Counted from the stretch's first letter, positions 51,029-63,083 are shown. The stretch is DNA of 64,000 nucleotides from Cyanophyceae cyanobacterium (GCA_050331735.1 JBHJGN010000029.1:168338-232337); one strand, 5' to 3'. A program made the numbers and translations. Notes: generated from the sequence alone by a model not told the origin.

Positions 51029-51658
51029 AGACGGTGGTTTGAAGCTTTAGGTGTTGGCAGGGGCAAACTCGGCTGGTTACTTTACCTATTACTCGACTGG
51101 CAGTCAGACAACAGCGTTTGCTCGACAAGAATTAATCAATCTTTATATAGTTCCTGAGATGAGGTGGAGCGCGGCTATTCGTTATTTTAGCTGCCATCGT
51201 CGCTGCCTTATGCTGAACCTACATGATGTTGCCCCTGTTTTGATGTCATGAGACGATGGCGAGGCTGCTCCCTCAGCCGCAGGTCCAATTCCGAGAGTAA
51301 CCGAGGCGCTGGATTGGCGATCGCGCTTTCTCATTGGCACCCTCCTTACTGAAAGAGTAAAACTTAAAGCTGCTTGTTTGTCTTTTGTACTTATTTACTG
51401 AAATAAAAACTATAAAAACTGTTCAGCTATTTTCATTTGGCTTTAGACAAAATTGTGGCTCTCTAAGAAGCGAAAATGATTCTTATCAGTAGCTTACTTG
51501 CTTTTATTGCTAAGTTTGTTTGCGATCGCTCTTTCTTTTCTCGCTGAGTTAGACAATAATTCGATCAATGACCTCTAAAGATAAAACCGGATTGACTCAG
51601 CACTCAGGAGTCATCAATAACAAAAACCAAACTATCGACCGAGCAGGAGACACAAACT

Positions 51659-52522
51659 ATGAAACTGTCAGTTTATGGAAAAGGCGGCATTGGCAAATCG
51701 ACAACAAGCTGCAATATTTCAGTTGCCCTCGCTCAGCGAGGCAAAAAAGTGCTGCAAATCGGCTGCGATCCGAAGCACGACAGCACTTTTACCCTGACAG
51801 GCTTTCTGATTCCTACCATTATTGATACGCTTCAGGAAAAAGATTTTCATTACGAAGATATCTGGCCCGAAGACGTAATCTACAAGGGCTACGGCGGTGT
51901 TGACTGCGTTGAAGCGGGCGGTCCTCCGGCAGGCGCTGGCTGCGGTGGCTATGTTGTTGGTGAAACCGTTAAGCTACTCAAAGAACTCAACGCCTTCGAT
52001 GAGTACGACGTGATTCTGTTCGACGTGCTTGGGGATGTCGTCTGTGGCGGATTTGCCGCTCCGCTTAACTATTCTGATTACTGCATGATCGTTACAGACA
52101 ATGGGTTTGATGCTCTGTTTGCTGCCAACAGAATTGCGGCTTCTGTCCGCGAAAAAGCAAGAACTCACCCGCTGCGTTTGGCTGGCTTGATTGGCAACCG
52201 CACTTCTAAGCGAGATTTAATTGATAAGTACATTGAAGCCGTACCGATGCCGGTGCTGGAAATTCTGCCGCTGATTGAGGATATTCGCGTTTCCCGGGTG
52301 AAGGGAAAGACGCTGTTTGAAATGGCCCAAACCGATTCGTCTCTCAGCTACGTCTGTGATTACTATCTCAACATTGCCGATCAGATCTTAGCGATGCCAG
52401 AAGGAGTCGTTCCCCAAGACGCTCAAGACCGCGAACTGTTCTCGCTGCTGTCTGACTTCTACCTCAATCCGACACAGCCTCAGACCAGTCAAGCTGAGGA
52501 ACTAGACCTAATGATGGTTTAA
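51659..52522 (+). CDS. chlL: Dark-operative protochlorophyllide reductase ATP-binding subunit
   Basis: [46 protein letters not shown]. Confidence 0.98.
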   Translation: MKLSVYGKGGIGKSTTSCNISVALAQRGKKVLQIGCDPKHDSTFTLTGFLIPTIIDTLQEKDFHYEDIWPEDVIYKGYGGVDCVEAGGPPAGAGCGGYVVGETVKLLKELNAFDEYDVILFDVLGDVVCGGFAAPLNYSDYCMIVTDNGFDALFAANRIAASVREKARTHPLRLAGLIGNRTSKRDLIDKYIEAVPMPVLEILPLIEDIRVSRVKGKTLFEMAQTDSSLSYVCDYYLNIADQILAMPEGVVPQDAQDRELFSLLSDFYLNPTQPQTSQAEELDLMMV

Positions 52523-52530
52523 GGCAGTGA

Positions 52531-54012
<1,482 letters not shown>

Positions 54013-54212
54013 AGCCATGCCTCTCCAGTCTTCATTGAGCATCAAAGGGACTTGGAGATGCCTGTTTCCAGAACCCGCCCCTCTGACACATCAGAGGGGC
54101 AGCTCGGTTATTTAAGAGATCTGTTTCAATTTTTCCGGCAGCTAGACCATTTGGCTCTGGGCCAATGTATTGGCCCAAAGCGGTTTCAGTTGCAAAATAT
54201 CCCTTTGCACAA

Positions 54213-54243
54213 CAAAAAAGCTTGGGTCAATTCAAGCTTTTTG
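54213..54243. terminator. Bidirectional intrinsic terminator-like hairpin between convergent chlN and rbp
   Basis: AAAAAGCTTG-GGTCAATT-CAAGCTTTTT with A and T tracts on either side. Confidence 0.55.
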
Positions 54244-54362
54244 ACAAGTATCAGCTAACAACTAATGATTGGAAGTGGCCGTGTCTACTGTTGATACTGC
54301 TATTGATATCTGCTGTTACTAAAACTGGTGATTTGAGAACGCCCAGAATACCGAATAGAAGT

Positions 54363-54665
54363 TTAGTACCGCTCGGAGTAACCTTGGCGACTATTGCGAC
54401 GACCACCACCGGGCCCTCGATTCTCACGGGGTCTTGCTTTATTAACTTTGAGGTCTCGTCCCATCCATTCAGCTCCATCTAAAGCTTCTATGGCAGCCGC
54501 CTCCTCTTCCTCGGTCTCCATTTCTACAAAGCCGAAACCTCTCATCCTCCCTGTTTCGCGGTCGGTGGGAAGCTGAACTCGCTTTACCGTTCCATACTCG
54601 GTAAATACATCAACCAAATCCTCTTGCGTCACCTTGTAGGATAGGTTGCCAATATAGATAGACAT
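54363..54665 (-). CDS. rbp: RRM RNA-binding protein (cyanobacterial Rbp)
   Basis: [10 protein letters not shown] (RNP2), RGFGFVEM (RNP1), short Gly/Arg tail. Confidence 0.96.
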   Translation of the reverse strand: MSIYIGNLSYKVTQEDLVDVFTEYGTVKRVQLPTDRETGRMRGFGFVEMETEEEEAAAIEALDGAEWMGRDLKVNKARPRENRGPGGGRRNSRQGYSERY

Positions 54666-54667
54666 TA

Positions 54668-54752
54668 AATATCTCCAAAATCAAGCGTCGTAGAGATTAA
54701 ATTTCGGAGGAAGTCTTGCCTATCAAACAACAAACAATACAACCGAAAATTT
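54668..54752 (-). promoter_or_regulatory. rbp-type 5' leader boxes
   Basis: Minus strand TTCGGTTG..TTGTTTG..CCTCCGAAATTTAATCTCTAC..TTTTGGAGA resembles the conserved leader boxes of cyanobacterial rbp genes (recalled, not aligned). Confidence 0.5.
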
Positions 54753-55137
54753 TCTCTCTAGAAGATGATAGCATAACCTGACTTGAATTAACCCAACCGA
54801 GAAGGAGAGCCGTAACCAGGGGCTAGTAACTAGTGCGCCGCGACCAAGAGGAAGGCTAAAACGAATGATCATGTTATCTAAATGAATTCAACAATGACCG
54901 TAAATCGTGAGCATTTGTGTAAACGATAAAGGTTAATTTTTTTGTTCTTGGGCAAAAACAGTAAAATCTCATGTTTTTTTGGGTACTTTCTGATTAGGAA
55001 GGACGCAAGGCATCTGAATAGCTCAACAGGCTTGATGCTTCTGACCTATTAGTTTTGTTGCTCGCGCTTACCGCTCAAAGACAACAATGCTAACCGAAGC
55101 GTTACCGAAATTAGTGCTGACGATTACTAGCTGATCC

Positions 55138-55587
55138 ATGAGTATTTATGCTGCCAGACTCCGCTCTTTGTTTACTGCGATCGCTGCTGCTCTGATCGTT
55201 TTTGGAATTTATCTAACAAGCCTATCCAGTGAAGGGACGGCTTCTCGGTCTGAATTAGCAACGATGGCGGCAATGGTACAGCAGTCGGTGGACTATGAAA
55301 TAGCTCTTAGGGATAATCAGCCCACGCTCATCGAATTTTATGCTGACTGGTGTACAACCTGTCGCTCGCTGGCTCCTGTGTTGAGCAAGCTGCATCAGGA
55401 GACTGAGGCGGTAGATATTGTGATGCTCAACGTAGATGAGCCTCGATGGACTCAGCAGGTGAAGATGTATCAGGTCAAGGGAGTGCCTCATCTCACTTTC
55501 CTCAACTCTCGGGGAGAAATTGTCGAAACGTTAGTGGGCAAAGTCCCAGAAACAGAAATTAGGCAAGTGGTTCAACATCTGAGCTAA
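55138..55587 (+). CDS. Membrane-anchored thioredoxin (TxlA/HCF164-like)
   Basis: N-terminal TM; EFYADWCTTC; V.G.PH. Confidence 0.85.
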   Translation: MSIYAARLRSLFTAIAAALIVFGIYLTSLSSEGTASRSELATMAAMVQQSVDYEIALRDNQPTLIEFYADWCTTCRSLAPVLSKLHQETEAVDIVMLNVDEPRWTQQVKMYQVKGVPHLTFLNSRGEIVETLVGKVPETEIRQVVQHLS

Positions 55588-55716
55588 GAGCAGGCGGGAT
55601 GCAGATGCGCTGCGAGACAAGGAAGTTGATGGCTGATGGTCAATCGTGTTGCCCAATCAACCATGAACCATCTACAATCAACACCAAATTTCACATTACT
55701 GCTGGAGGAGATGAGT

Positions 55717-56349
55717 CTAAACCCAATCTTCATCTTCTGTCTCCTCTGTTGGTTCACTGCGATAGGACGGCGTGATGATGCGATAGTTGGCATCATAAAC
55801 GCGATCGCTGTTATCAGTAGGAGGAGACGTTTCCTGCTTGGGTGGCTCCGCTTTTCTCGAAGGTCGGTAGCCATAAGAATAGACAGACCCCGATTGAGAG
55901 GCTGACTGGGGTTGCTGCGGTTTTTCAATCTCACCCGGCTCATTCGGCAGGCGACGTTCAAATTCTTCTAACGTTGAGCGACTTGGTTCTTCACGGGGTT
56001 CTTCTCCCCAATCATCTGTCCCTGGCTGTTCCCAATCAGAAACAGCAGTTTTGGGTGACGCTGGTGCTGACTTAAACACTTCGCGGCTTCTCGGAGGCTC
56101 AGGTTCAGGATCTAGGGGCGCACGATAATTTGGGCGTTTAGCTGGAGCCGTGCCTCGCTGAAGATAGGCCAAAAACTGGATCACCAAGCTGGTTAAGATC
56201 CCTGCTCCAGTAAACAGTAAAACCCATCCAGCGACTGGTAAACTAAAGGCTGCCCTGCTGCCGAAGAAAACTAACGCCACTGGTGCTTGATTCTGAACGG
56301 CCAAAATGACTCCGGCGATCGCCACCAGCAAAAGTATCAGCAGCCTCAT
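55717..56349 (-). CDS. LapA-like membrane protein with disordered C-terminus
   Basis: TM-QN..V.L.FFG-TM pattern; Pro/Glu-rich tail with VYDANYRII.P. Confidence 0.7.
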   Translation of the reverse strand: MRLLILLLVAIAGVILAVQNQAPVALVFFGSRAAFSLPVAGWVLLFTGAGILTSLVIQFLAYLQRGTAPAKRPNYRAPLDPEPEPPRSREVFKSAPASPKTAVSDWEQPGTDDWGEEPREEPSRSTLEEFERRLPNEPGEIEKPQQPQSASQSGSVYSYGYRPSRKAEPPKQETSPPTDNSDRVYDANYRIITPSYRSEPTEETEDEDWV

Positions 56350-56410
56350 CTCAATTCAAGTCTCTCTTCATTTTTCATTTTACTGAAGAGAGTGGAGAAC
56401 AGGTTCGGTG

Positions 56411-56506
56411 CGGAAAGGGGAAACTGTCGCGAACGCGGCTACCCCTTTACCCTTGGCCCTTTCCCCGCCGCGAAAGCGGCTACCCCTTTCTCCCGCACCT
56501 GGGTGC
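56411..56506. repeat. Intergenic composite repeat (same family)
   Basis: GTCGC-GAAC-GCGGC (56426), GCCGC-GAAA-GCGGC (56467), GCACC-TG-GGTGC (56495) among TTTCCCC-type tracts. Confidence 0.75.
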
Positions 56507-56516
56507 TTCGGTCCCG

Positions 56517-58226
56517 TCAAAATAGAAAATAGCGCTGCGCCATCGGCAACACCGTTGCTGGTTCGCAGGTCAACAGCTTGCCGTCGGCTCTGACCTCGTA
56601 AGTTTCTGGGTCAACTTCGATGGCGGGCAACGCTTCATTGAGCTTCATGTCCTGCTTGCGGATGCTGCGGGTATTTGATACGGCAACAGCAGGCTTGTGT
56701 AAGCGGAGATGCTCTGATACTCCTGCATCACAGGCAGCCTGGGAAACAAAGGTAACAGATGTGGCAGCCATCGCTCCGCCAAAGCTACCAAACATCGGGC
56801 GCATGTGGACGGGTCCAGGCGTGGGAATACTGGCGTTCGGATCGCCCATCTGCGCCCAGGCGATCGCCCCGCCTTTAATCACGATTTCTGGTTTAACCCC
56901 AAAAAAGGCGGGCTTCCACAGACAGAGATCGGCCAGCTTTCCCTCCTCTACCGAGCCAACGTGCGCGGCAATGCCGTGGGCGAGCGCCGGATTGATCGTG
57001 TATTTAGCCACGTAGCGCTTGGCCCGCAGATTATCGTTGCGCTCGGAATCTTCTGCTAAGGAGCCGAGCTGCACCTTCATTTTGTGCGCCGTTTGCCAAG
57101 AGCGAATAATCACCTCTCCCACGCGCCCCATCGCCTGGGAGTCGGAAGCAATCATGCTGAAGGCTCCCAAGTCGTGCAGGATATCTTCGGCGGCGATGGT
57201 TTCCCGACGAATGCGAGATTCGGCGAACGCCACGTCTTCAGGAATGCCGCGATCGAGGTGGTGGCAAACCATCAGCATATCTAAGTGTTCTTCGAGAGTA
57301 TTAGTTGTGTAGGGGCGAGTTGGATTCGTCGAGGAGGGCAGCACGTTCGCCTCGCCGCAGACTTTAATAATATCGGGGGCGTGTCCGCCGCCGGCTCCTT
57401 CGGTATGGTAGGTATGAATGACGCGCTCTTTAAACGCGGCGATGGTATTTTCGACAAAGCCCGATTCGTTGAGGGTATCGGTGTGGATAGCAACTTGAAC
57501 ATCGTATTTTTCCGCCACGCTGAGGCAGGTATCAATGGCTGCTGGAGTCGTGCCCCAGTCTTCGTGAAGCTTCAGCCCAATGGCTCCGGCGGCGACCTGT
57601 TCCTCTAATCCTTGGGGCTGAGCGCTATTGCCCTTGCCCAAAAACCCTAAATTGACCGGAAAGGCATCGGCAGCTTGCAGCATACGAGCGATATGCCATG
57701 CCCCAGGCGTACAGGTAGTGGCGTTCGTGCCAGTGGCGGGTCCAGTGCCGCCGCCGATCATCGTCGTTACGCCAGCAGCGATCGCCGTTTCAATCTGCTG
57801 GGGACAGATGAAGTGGATGTGGGCATCGATTCCCCCCGCCGTGAGAATCATGCCTTCCCCGGCAACGGCTTCGGTGGCGGGACCGATAATAATGTTTACG
57901 TTGTCTTGAATGTAGGGGTTGCCTGCCTTACCAATTTTAAAGATCTTGCCGTCCTTGATCCCGATGTCGGCTTTGACGATGCCCCACCAGTCGAGAATGA
58001 GAGCATTGGTAATCACCGTATCCACCGCTCCATCCGCGCGGGAAATCGGCGACTGACCCATGCCGTCCCGGATGACTTTACCACCGCCAAATTTAACTTC
58101 TTCTCCGTAGGTGGTGTAGTCTTGCTCCACTTCAATAATCAGCTCGGTGTCCGCGAGGCGGAGGCGATCGCCGACGGTCGGACCAAAGGTTTCTGCATAC
58201 GCGCGGCGCTCCATGCGATAGCTCAT
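56517..58226 (-). CDS. ureC: Urease subunit alpha
   Basis: [55 protein letters not shown]. Confidence 0.99.
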   Translation of the reverse strand: MSYRMERRAYAETFGPTVGDRLRLADTELIIEVEQDYTTYGEEVKFGGGKVIRDGMGQSPISRADGAVDTVITNALILDWWGIVKADIGIKDGKIFKIGKAGNPYIQDNVNIIIGPATEAVAGEGMILTAGGIDAHIHFICPQQIETAIAAGVTTMIGGGTGPATGTNATTCTPGAWHIARMLQAADAFPVNLGFLGKGNSAQPQGLEEQVAAGAIGLKLHEDWGTTPAAIDTCLSVAEKYDVQVAIHTDTLNESGFVENTIAAFKERVIHTYHTEGAGGGHAPDIIKVCGEANVLPSSTNPTRPYTTNTLEEHLDMLMVCHHLDRGIPEDVAFAESRIRRETIAAEDILHDLGAFSMIASDSQAMGRVGEVIIRSWQTAHKMKVQLGSLAEDSERNDNLRAKRYVAKYTINPALAHGIAAHVGSVEEGKLADLCLWKPAFFGVKPEIVIKGGAIAWAQMGDPNASIPTPGPVHMRPMFGSFGGAMAATSVTFVSQAACDAGVSEHLRLHKPAVAVSNTRSIRKQDMKLNEALPAIEVDPETYEVRADGKLLTCEPATVLPMAQRYFLF

Positions 58227-58391
58227 ATTTTGCTTCCTTCATCTCTGCTGAAGCAAGTATCGCATTTAGCCCTGACTAAAAAGTACTTTCTGTAAACTTT
58301 TTGCTGAATAAGGGGAGATCGTACCTGACATCAATGGCAGTCAGTTACTTTGAGTTACTGCTTGAAGAGCGATCGCTACTTGCATCTGAAG

Positions 58392-58838
58392 CTATAGTTC
58401 TAGCTCCTCCAAGATTAGAATTGGTAATTTGGTGATACGCCTAAAAGCAAGATCGTTGGTTAGCAGGGCATCACAATTTCCGGCTAAAGCGATCGCTACT
58501 TGCATCGTGTCTAGCAAGCTCAGGTTATAGCGGGAACGCATTTCTGCTGCATAGCTAGCAACAGTTTGGTCAATGGGAAACAATTCTGTGTTTTTGCTGT
58601 TGACAATTAGGTTAGTGAAGGTCTGTTGCAGTTTGACACGCCCTTGCTGATAGGGAATTACAAGACACGCAGCTAAAGTAATCGGAGAAGTGACGGCTGT
58701 AAGCAAACCCCGATCAATGCGAGCGAGGATATCGGCAGTTAAAGAGCAATAACGGCTATTTGCTTCAACGTGGTAGATAACAGGAGCAGAATCTAAAAAT
58801 AGACGTTTAACATTGCGCAAGCTCTCGTCAATTCTCAT
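58392..58838 (-). CDS. vapC: VapC/PIN domain toxin, probably attenuated
   Basis: LFLDSAPVIY, SPITLAACL (Ala at the usual Glu), LLD, LTND. Confidence 0.85.
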   Translation of the reverse strand: MRIDESLRNVKRLFLDSAPVIYHVEANSRYCSLTADILARIDRGLLTAVTSPITLAACLVIPYQQGRVKLQQTFTNLIVNSKNTELFPIDQTVASYAAEMRSRYNLSLLDTMQVAIALAGNCDALLTNDLAFRRITKLPILILEELEL

Positions 58839-59076
58839 CTTCTTTCTGAATCACTTGAGAATCTGCTTCGCGTCGAGTACGAGAAATATAAGCTTGAGCA
58901 TCTTCACCTAGAGCAGGTTCAGTGATTATTCCTTGCACTTCACTTCATTTAGGCTTCGGTTGTAGAACAGCGGTCGCTTGTCTGTCTTTCTCAACTAAGT
59001 GAGCAATCAGAGAAAGCTGTTCTTCTGTATCAAGAGTGTCTGCCTATTGAATGAGGTTTTGTAGCTTGTCTGTCAT
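58828..59076 (-). pseudogene. Antitoxin pseudogene upstream of vapC
   Basis: MTDKLQNLIQ*ADTLDTEEQLSLIAHLVEK..PKPK*SEVQGII..LGEDAQAYISRTRREAD..EDEN; stops at 59044-59046 and 58945-58947; end overlaps the vapC start. Confidence 0.8.
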
Positions 59077-59141
59077 TAGCTTCTAAAGAAAATTGCTTTA
59101 TTCTAATTCATCCAGATGTAGCAATGAGGTGGAAGTTCATC

Positions 59142-59615
59142 CTAAGCAATGGCTAGCGCTTTGCGAAAGATAACCTTATCATCACCAGCTTTGTAAAACT
59201 CGCGGATTCGTGCTTCTTCGTCGAACCCCTGCTTGCGGTAAAAGGTTCGCGTCCGCTCAAAGTCTGGCAGTCCGGATGTTTCTACCAGTAGCACACGCTC
59301 GCCGCGCGCTGCCAAGGTTTGTTCAATATAGCGCAGTAGAGCAGCACCATGCCCTTTCCCCTGATGGTCGGGGTGAACGGCGATAAAGTACAGATTCCAC
59401 GTTCCATTAGCCATCTGTTCCGGCGCAAAGTACGCAACTCCCACTGGTCCGCCATCGTCGCAGGTAATCCAGAAGTGATCGTTACCTAGGCTGCCGTCGA
59501 AGTAACCAGCCAGCATGTTGTTGAGTTCCTCAAGTTCGTGCGGTTGGAACAGTCTGATCGCATTAGCTAAGTCCATTAGAGCATCTATATCATCAGGTTT
59601 AGAGGGTCGAATCAT
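59142..59615 (-). CDS. GNAT family N-acetyltransferase
   Basis: IAVHPDHQGKGHG, LLVETS, RTFY...GF. Confidence 0.9.
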   Translation of the reverse strand: MIRPSKPDDIDALMDLANAIRLFQPHELEELNNMLAGYFDGSLGNDHFWITCDDGGPVGVAYFAPEQMANGTWNLYFIAVHPDHQGKGHGAALLRYIEQTLAARGERVLLVETSGLPDFERTRTFYRKQGFDEEARIREFYKAGDDKVIFRKALAIA

Positions 59616-59742
59616 GACAGCGATGCTTCTACGTTCTTTTCTTAAATCCTACTACGCTAACTCGCCCTCTCTCTTCTACGTCATGGTATAGAAAAACACA
59701 GTTTTCTGTGAGTCTCATGGTTCAAAATAGTCAAACAGAAAA

Positions 59743-61863
59743 ATGCTGACGAGCATGACCGATACAGATGTTCGGCAAACGCCCGTTTCTCTGAAGGTGC
59801 TATCAGAGGAATTGGTCTCTTTTATCGAGGATTTACATCATCGTACCCTACCGCTGAAAGAGGGGGCCGTTGCCGACTATATTCCAGAACTGGCTCAGGC
59901 AAATCCAGATTGTTTTGGCATTAGCCTGATGACGGCAGACGGTCAGGGATTGAACGTTGGCGATACCAACATTTTATTCACCATTCAGTCGCTCTCCAAG
60001 CCGTTTGTCTACGGATTAGCCCTGGAAGATTGGGGAGAGGAAGCCGTTCTCGATAAAATTGGCGTAGAGCCGACCGGAGACGCGTTTAACGAAATTATTG
60101 AGCTGGAGGAAATTCAGGATCGCCAGTATAACCCGATGGTCAACGCTGGGGCGATCGCCACCACCAGCCTGATTAAAGGAGCCACTCCAGCAGAACGGCA
60201 GTGCCGCCTGATGGGGTTGTTTCAGCGCTATTTAGGGCGTTCGGTCGCAGTCGATCAGGCCGTGTTTTGGTCGAGAAAGCGGGGAGATAATCTCAATCGC
60301 GCGATCGCCTACATGCTACTTAGTTCTGGTCTCGTAGCAGGCAACATTGAGGAGACTCTCGACCTTTACTTCCGGCAGTGTTCTGTCAGCGTCACCTGTC
60401 AAGATTTAGCCGTCATGGCAGCGACTCTGGCTAACGCCGGGGTAAATCCGGTCACTAATCGGCGGGTTCTAGATGAGCGCTACGTCAAGAACCTGGTCAG
60501 CGTGATGTATACCTGCGGACTCTACGATTTCTCCGGACAGTGGGCGTATCGGGTCGGTTTGCCAGCTAAAAGCGGTTTAGCGGGCGCGATTGTGGCCGTT
60601 GTTCCCGGCATAGCGGGCATTGCGGTGTATTCTCCTCCTCTAGGGGAACACAAAAAAAGTCTGCGGGGAGTTAGGGTACTAGAAGAGTTATCCCAGCGCT
60701 TTGGTTTGCATGTCTTTGAGCAGAGTCAGGGGCAACACTCGCTTTGGCGTGTGGCTAGGAATGGCCAGGGTAAGGCCAAGGGAAATAACGGGGGAGGCGA
60801 TCACCTCCGTCCCTCTTCTCCAGCAGATCGCGATCCTCGCCAGCAAAGCGATCCTATCGTGGCACCGATTTCAGAGGCGTTGGCCAGCGTTTCCCCTGAA
60901 TCAGCACTAGCTCAGCTCAACACGACCCCCCAAGAATTGACGGTTTTTCTCGAGCAGCTATACGAGCAGTATTTGCCGCTGCGCAACGGCAAAATTTATG
61001 TCAGCGAACCGAACCTAGTCGAGATCAGTCCAGACTGGTTTGCGCTCTGTGCTGTCACGGTAGATGGTCAAGTTTGTGCTGTCGGGGATTGGGAACAGCC
61101 GTTTTTGATCCAGTCTATTTCCAAAGTATTTGCCTACGGACTGGCCCTAGAAGACTGCGGACGAGAAGATGTGCTGACAAAGGTTGCGGTCGAACCCACC
61201 GGAGATGCTTACAACTCCATTATCAAAGTCGAAGAAAACTCCAAGCGTCCTTTCAATCCGATGGTTAATACGGGGGCGATCGCCATTACAAGCCTCATTG
61301 CTGGGCGAAGTCCGGCCCACAGGCTCAACCGCGTGTTAGAAATGTATCGGCGCTACGTGGGCCACCGCGTTTATGTCGATACCACCGCCGTTGTCTCTGA
61401 AACCAACCAGGGAGATCGGAACTGGGCGATCGCCTATCTGCTGCGGAACTTTGGCATGATTTCTGGTGACATCAAGCAAACCCTGGACCTCTACCTTCAG
61501 CAATGTTCAGCGCTGATCGACTGCCGCGATCTCGCCGTCATGGGAGCGACCCTAGCCAACGGTGGTACAAACCCAATGACTCAAGAACGAGCGCTCGATG
61601 GCGAATATGTTAGAGACCTGCTCAGCGTCATGTTTACCTGCGGCATGTATGATTTTGCCGGAGAATGGGCCTACAAAGTGGGTTTTCCGGCCAAAAGCGG
61701 TGTTGGAGGCGGCATTATTGCTGTAGTCCCCGGTTTGATGGGGATTGCGGTGTATTCACCCCTTTTAGACAAACGCGGCAATAGTGTGCGTGGGATCAAA
61801 GTGTGTCAGGAGCTTTCCCACCGCTTTAAGCTGCATATTTTCGAGCCGATGGGGAGGGAGTAG
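59743..61863 (+). CDS. glsA: Glutaminase A with two tandem glutaminase domains
   Basis: Two copies of QS.SK, EPTGDA.N, NPMVN.GAI, TCG.YD..G.WAY.VG.PAKSG, YSP.L, joined by a linker of roughly 60 aa. Confidence 0.92.
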   Translation: MLTSMTDTDVRQTPVSLKVLSEELVSFIEDLHHRTLPLKEGAVADYIPELAQANPDCFGISLMTADGQGLNVGDTNILFTIQSLSKPFVYGLALEDWGEEAVLDKIGVEPTGDAFNEIIELEEIQDRQYNPMVNAGAIATTSLIKGATPAERQCRLMGLFQRYLGRSVAVDQAVFWSRKRGDNLNRAIAYMLLSSGLVAGNIEETLDLYFRQCSVSVTCQDLAVMAATLANAGVNPVTNRRVLDERYVKNLVSVMYTCGLYDFSGQWAYRVGLPAKSGLAGAIVAVVPGIAGIAVYSPPLGEHKKSLRGVRVLEELSQRFGLHVFEQSQGQHSLWRVARNGQGKAKGNNGGGDHLRPSSPADRDPRQQSDPIVAPISEALASVSPESALAQLNTTPQELTVFLEQLYEQYLPLRNGKIYVSEPNLVEISPDWFALCAVTVDGQVCAVGDWEQPFLIQSISKVFAYGLALEDCGREDVLTKVAVEPTGDAYNSIIKVEENSKRPFNPMVNTGAIAITSLIAGRSPAHRLNRVLEMYRRYVGHRVYVDTTAVVSETNQGDRNWAIAYLLRNFGMISGDIKQTLDLYLQQCSALIDCRDLAVMGATLANGGTNPMTQERALDGEYVRDLLSVMFTCGMYDFAGEWAYKVGFPAKSGVGGGIIAVVPGLMGIAVYSPLLDKRGNSVRGIKVCQELSHRFKLHIFEPMGRE

Positions 61864-62007
61864 TTTTTTGTTGATGATTAATTGTTGATTGAAAGACGCG
61901 ACTAAATCTTAATCTCTATACGATGGGGCAATTACTGATTTTACCCTTTCCCCCTTACCCCTTTCCCCTTACTAAACATCTTTAGCTTCACTATCGTAGG
62001 ATTAATA

Positions 62008-62562
62008 TCAATTCAATCCTGCCTGTTGAAAAACCTGCTGAACGGTGAGCTGTAGTTCTGGGAGATGTTCGTCTTCTAAACTATCTGCTCCCCGTTTCGT
62101 TTGAGGGGGCGCATCGGGATAAAACACCGTTACGCTTTTGGCTTTCGGATCTACCAGCCAAACTCTCGTCACTCCTGCACTGAGGTAGTCAGTGGCTTTC
62201 TCGCTCAAGTTCCCGAAAGATTGATCGGGGGAGATGATTTCAATAGCGAGTTCAGGAGGAACAGGACAGGCTTCGTCTTCAAAGCGCTCTAAGGGCAAGC
62301 GCTCGAAGGAAATATATAGCAAGTCTGGAACAGGAACCCAGTCTCTTCCGTGCCTTTTGAGGACAATTCCCCATTCGATTCCGATTTCACCGCGCTCTTG
62401 ACACCAATCGTTAAGAAGAGTGTAAAGTGTGCCAGTTAAGCGAGAGTGAAAGCGTTTGGGAGACATTTTCGCAATGGCTTCTCCATCAATAAATTCTAAG
62501 GAAGTATCGTCATCAGGCAGAGAGAGAAATTCTTCTAGGGTGAGCTTTCGGGTGGTAACCAT
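62008..62562 (-). CDS. Uma2 family (DUF820) endonuclease-like protein
   Basis: LTLEEFL, EFIDGE, VPDL, PELAIEIISP, Y...GV.RVWLVDP. Confidence 0.92.
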   Translation of the reverse strand: MVTTRKLTLEEFLSLPDDDTSLEFIDGEAIAKMSPKRFHSRLTGTLYTLLNDWCQERGEIGIEWGIVLKRHGRDWVPVPDLLYISFERLPLERFEDEACPVPPELAIEIISPDQSFGNLSEKATDYLSAGVTRVWLVDPKAKSVTVFYPDAPPQTKRGADSLEDEHLPELQLTVQQVFQQAGLN

Positions 62563-62609
62563 GCTTGTAAGTGAGTTGCGTTGCTAATCGAGAACGGATC
62601 GTTCGGATT

Positions 62610-63083
62610 TTACTTCTCAGCTAATGGCGGTAGCCGTCGCTTAATTGGTGACGACTGGATCATGGATGTATTTGTTTGAGCGTAAGGGAGCAGTCGATCG
62701 ATAATACTTTCAAGATCGTCAGCAGACCTGATATATGCCTTAGCAACAAAGCAGTCATCGCCTGTAATGCGATCACATTGAACAATCTCCTCAATTTCAG
62801 CAATGAGAGAAACTACTTTTGAGAGTTGCCCTGGTAGGGGGCGAATCCGAATATAAAACCCTAGAGAATAACCAAGCATTTTGGGATCGATTTCGATCGT
62901 AAAGTCTTGAATAATCCCAGATTCTTCCAGCCGCCGCAGCCGTTCAGAAACGCTAGGAGCCGACATATTGAGAGACCTAGCAAGATCTGCAATCGAAGTT
63001 CTGGCATCGGTGTTCAATGCAGTGAGCAGTTGCACATCTACACTGTCTAATTTAGCTTTTGGTATCCGAAGGATTTTCGACAT
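62610..63083 (-). CDS. Lrp/AsnC family transcriptional regulator
   Basis: LD..D..LL..L..DAR.S...LAR.L.MSAPSV.ERLRRLEE.GII; RAM domain ITGDDCF. Confidence 0.93.
   Translation of the reverse strand: MSKILRIPKAKLDSVDVQLLTALNTDARTSIADLARSLNMSAPSVSERLRRLEESGIIQDFTIEIDPKMLGYSLGFYIRIRPLPGQLSKVVSLIAEIEEIVQCDRITGDDCFVAKAYIRSADDLESIIDRLLPYAQTNTSMIQSSPIKRRLPPLAEK

Noticed and set aside
50787..51128. 113-aa minus-strand ORF from the track
   Set aside because: No motifs; the 53-aa membrane protein in another frame (50867-51028) explains the region better
56517..58226. ureC without ureA/ureB or accessory genes
   Set aside because: Dispersed urease genes are common in cyanobacteria, so this is not evidence of loss
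56620..58295. Several long + strand ORFs opposite ureC (likewise the antisense ORFs over metG, chlP and the GT genes)
   Set aside because: Shadow frames of well-conserved genes, with no motifs
59686..59699. Possible NtcA site GTA-N8-CAC upstream of glsA
   Set aside because: Mismatch in the TAC half-site and no good TAN3T -10 box at the expected spacing
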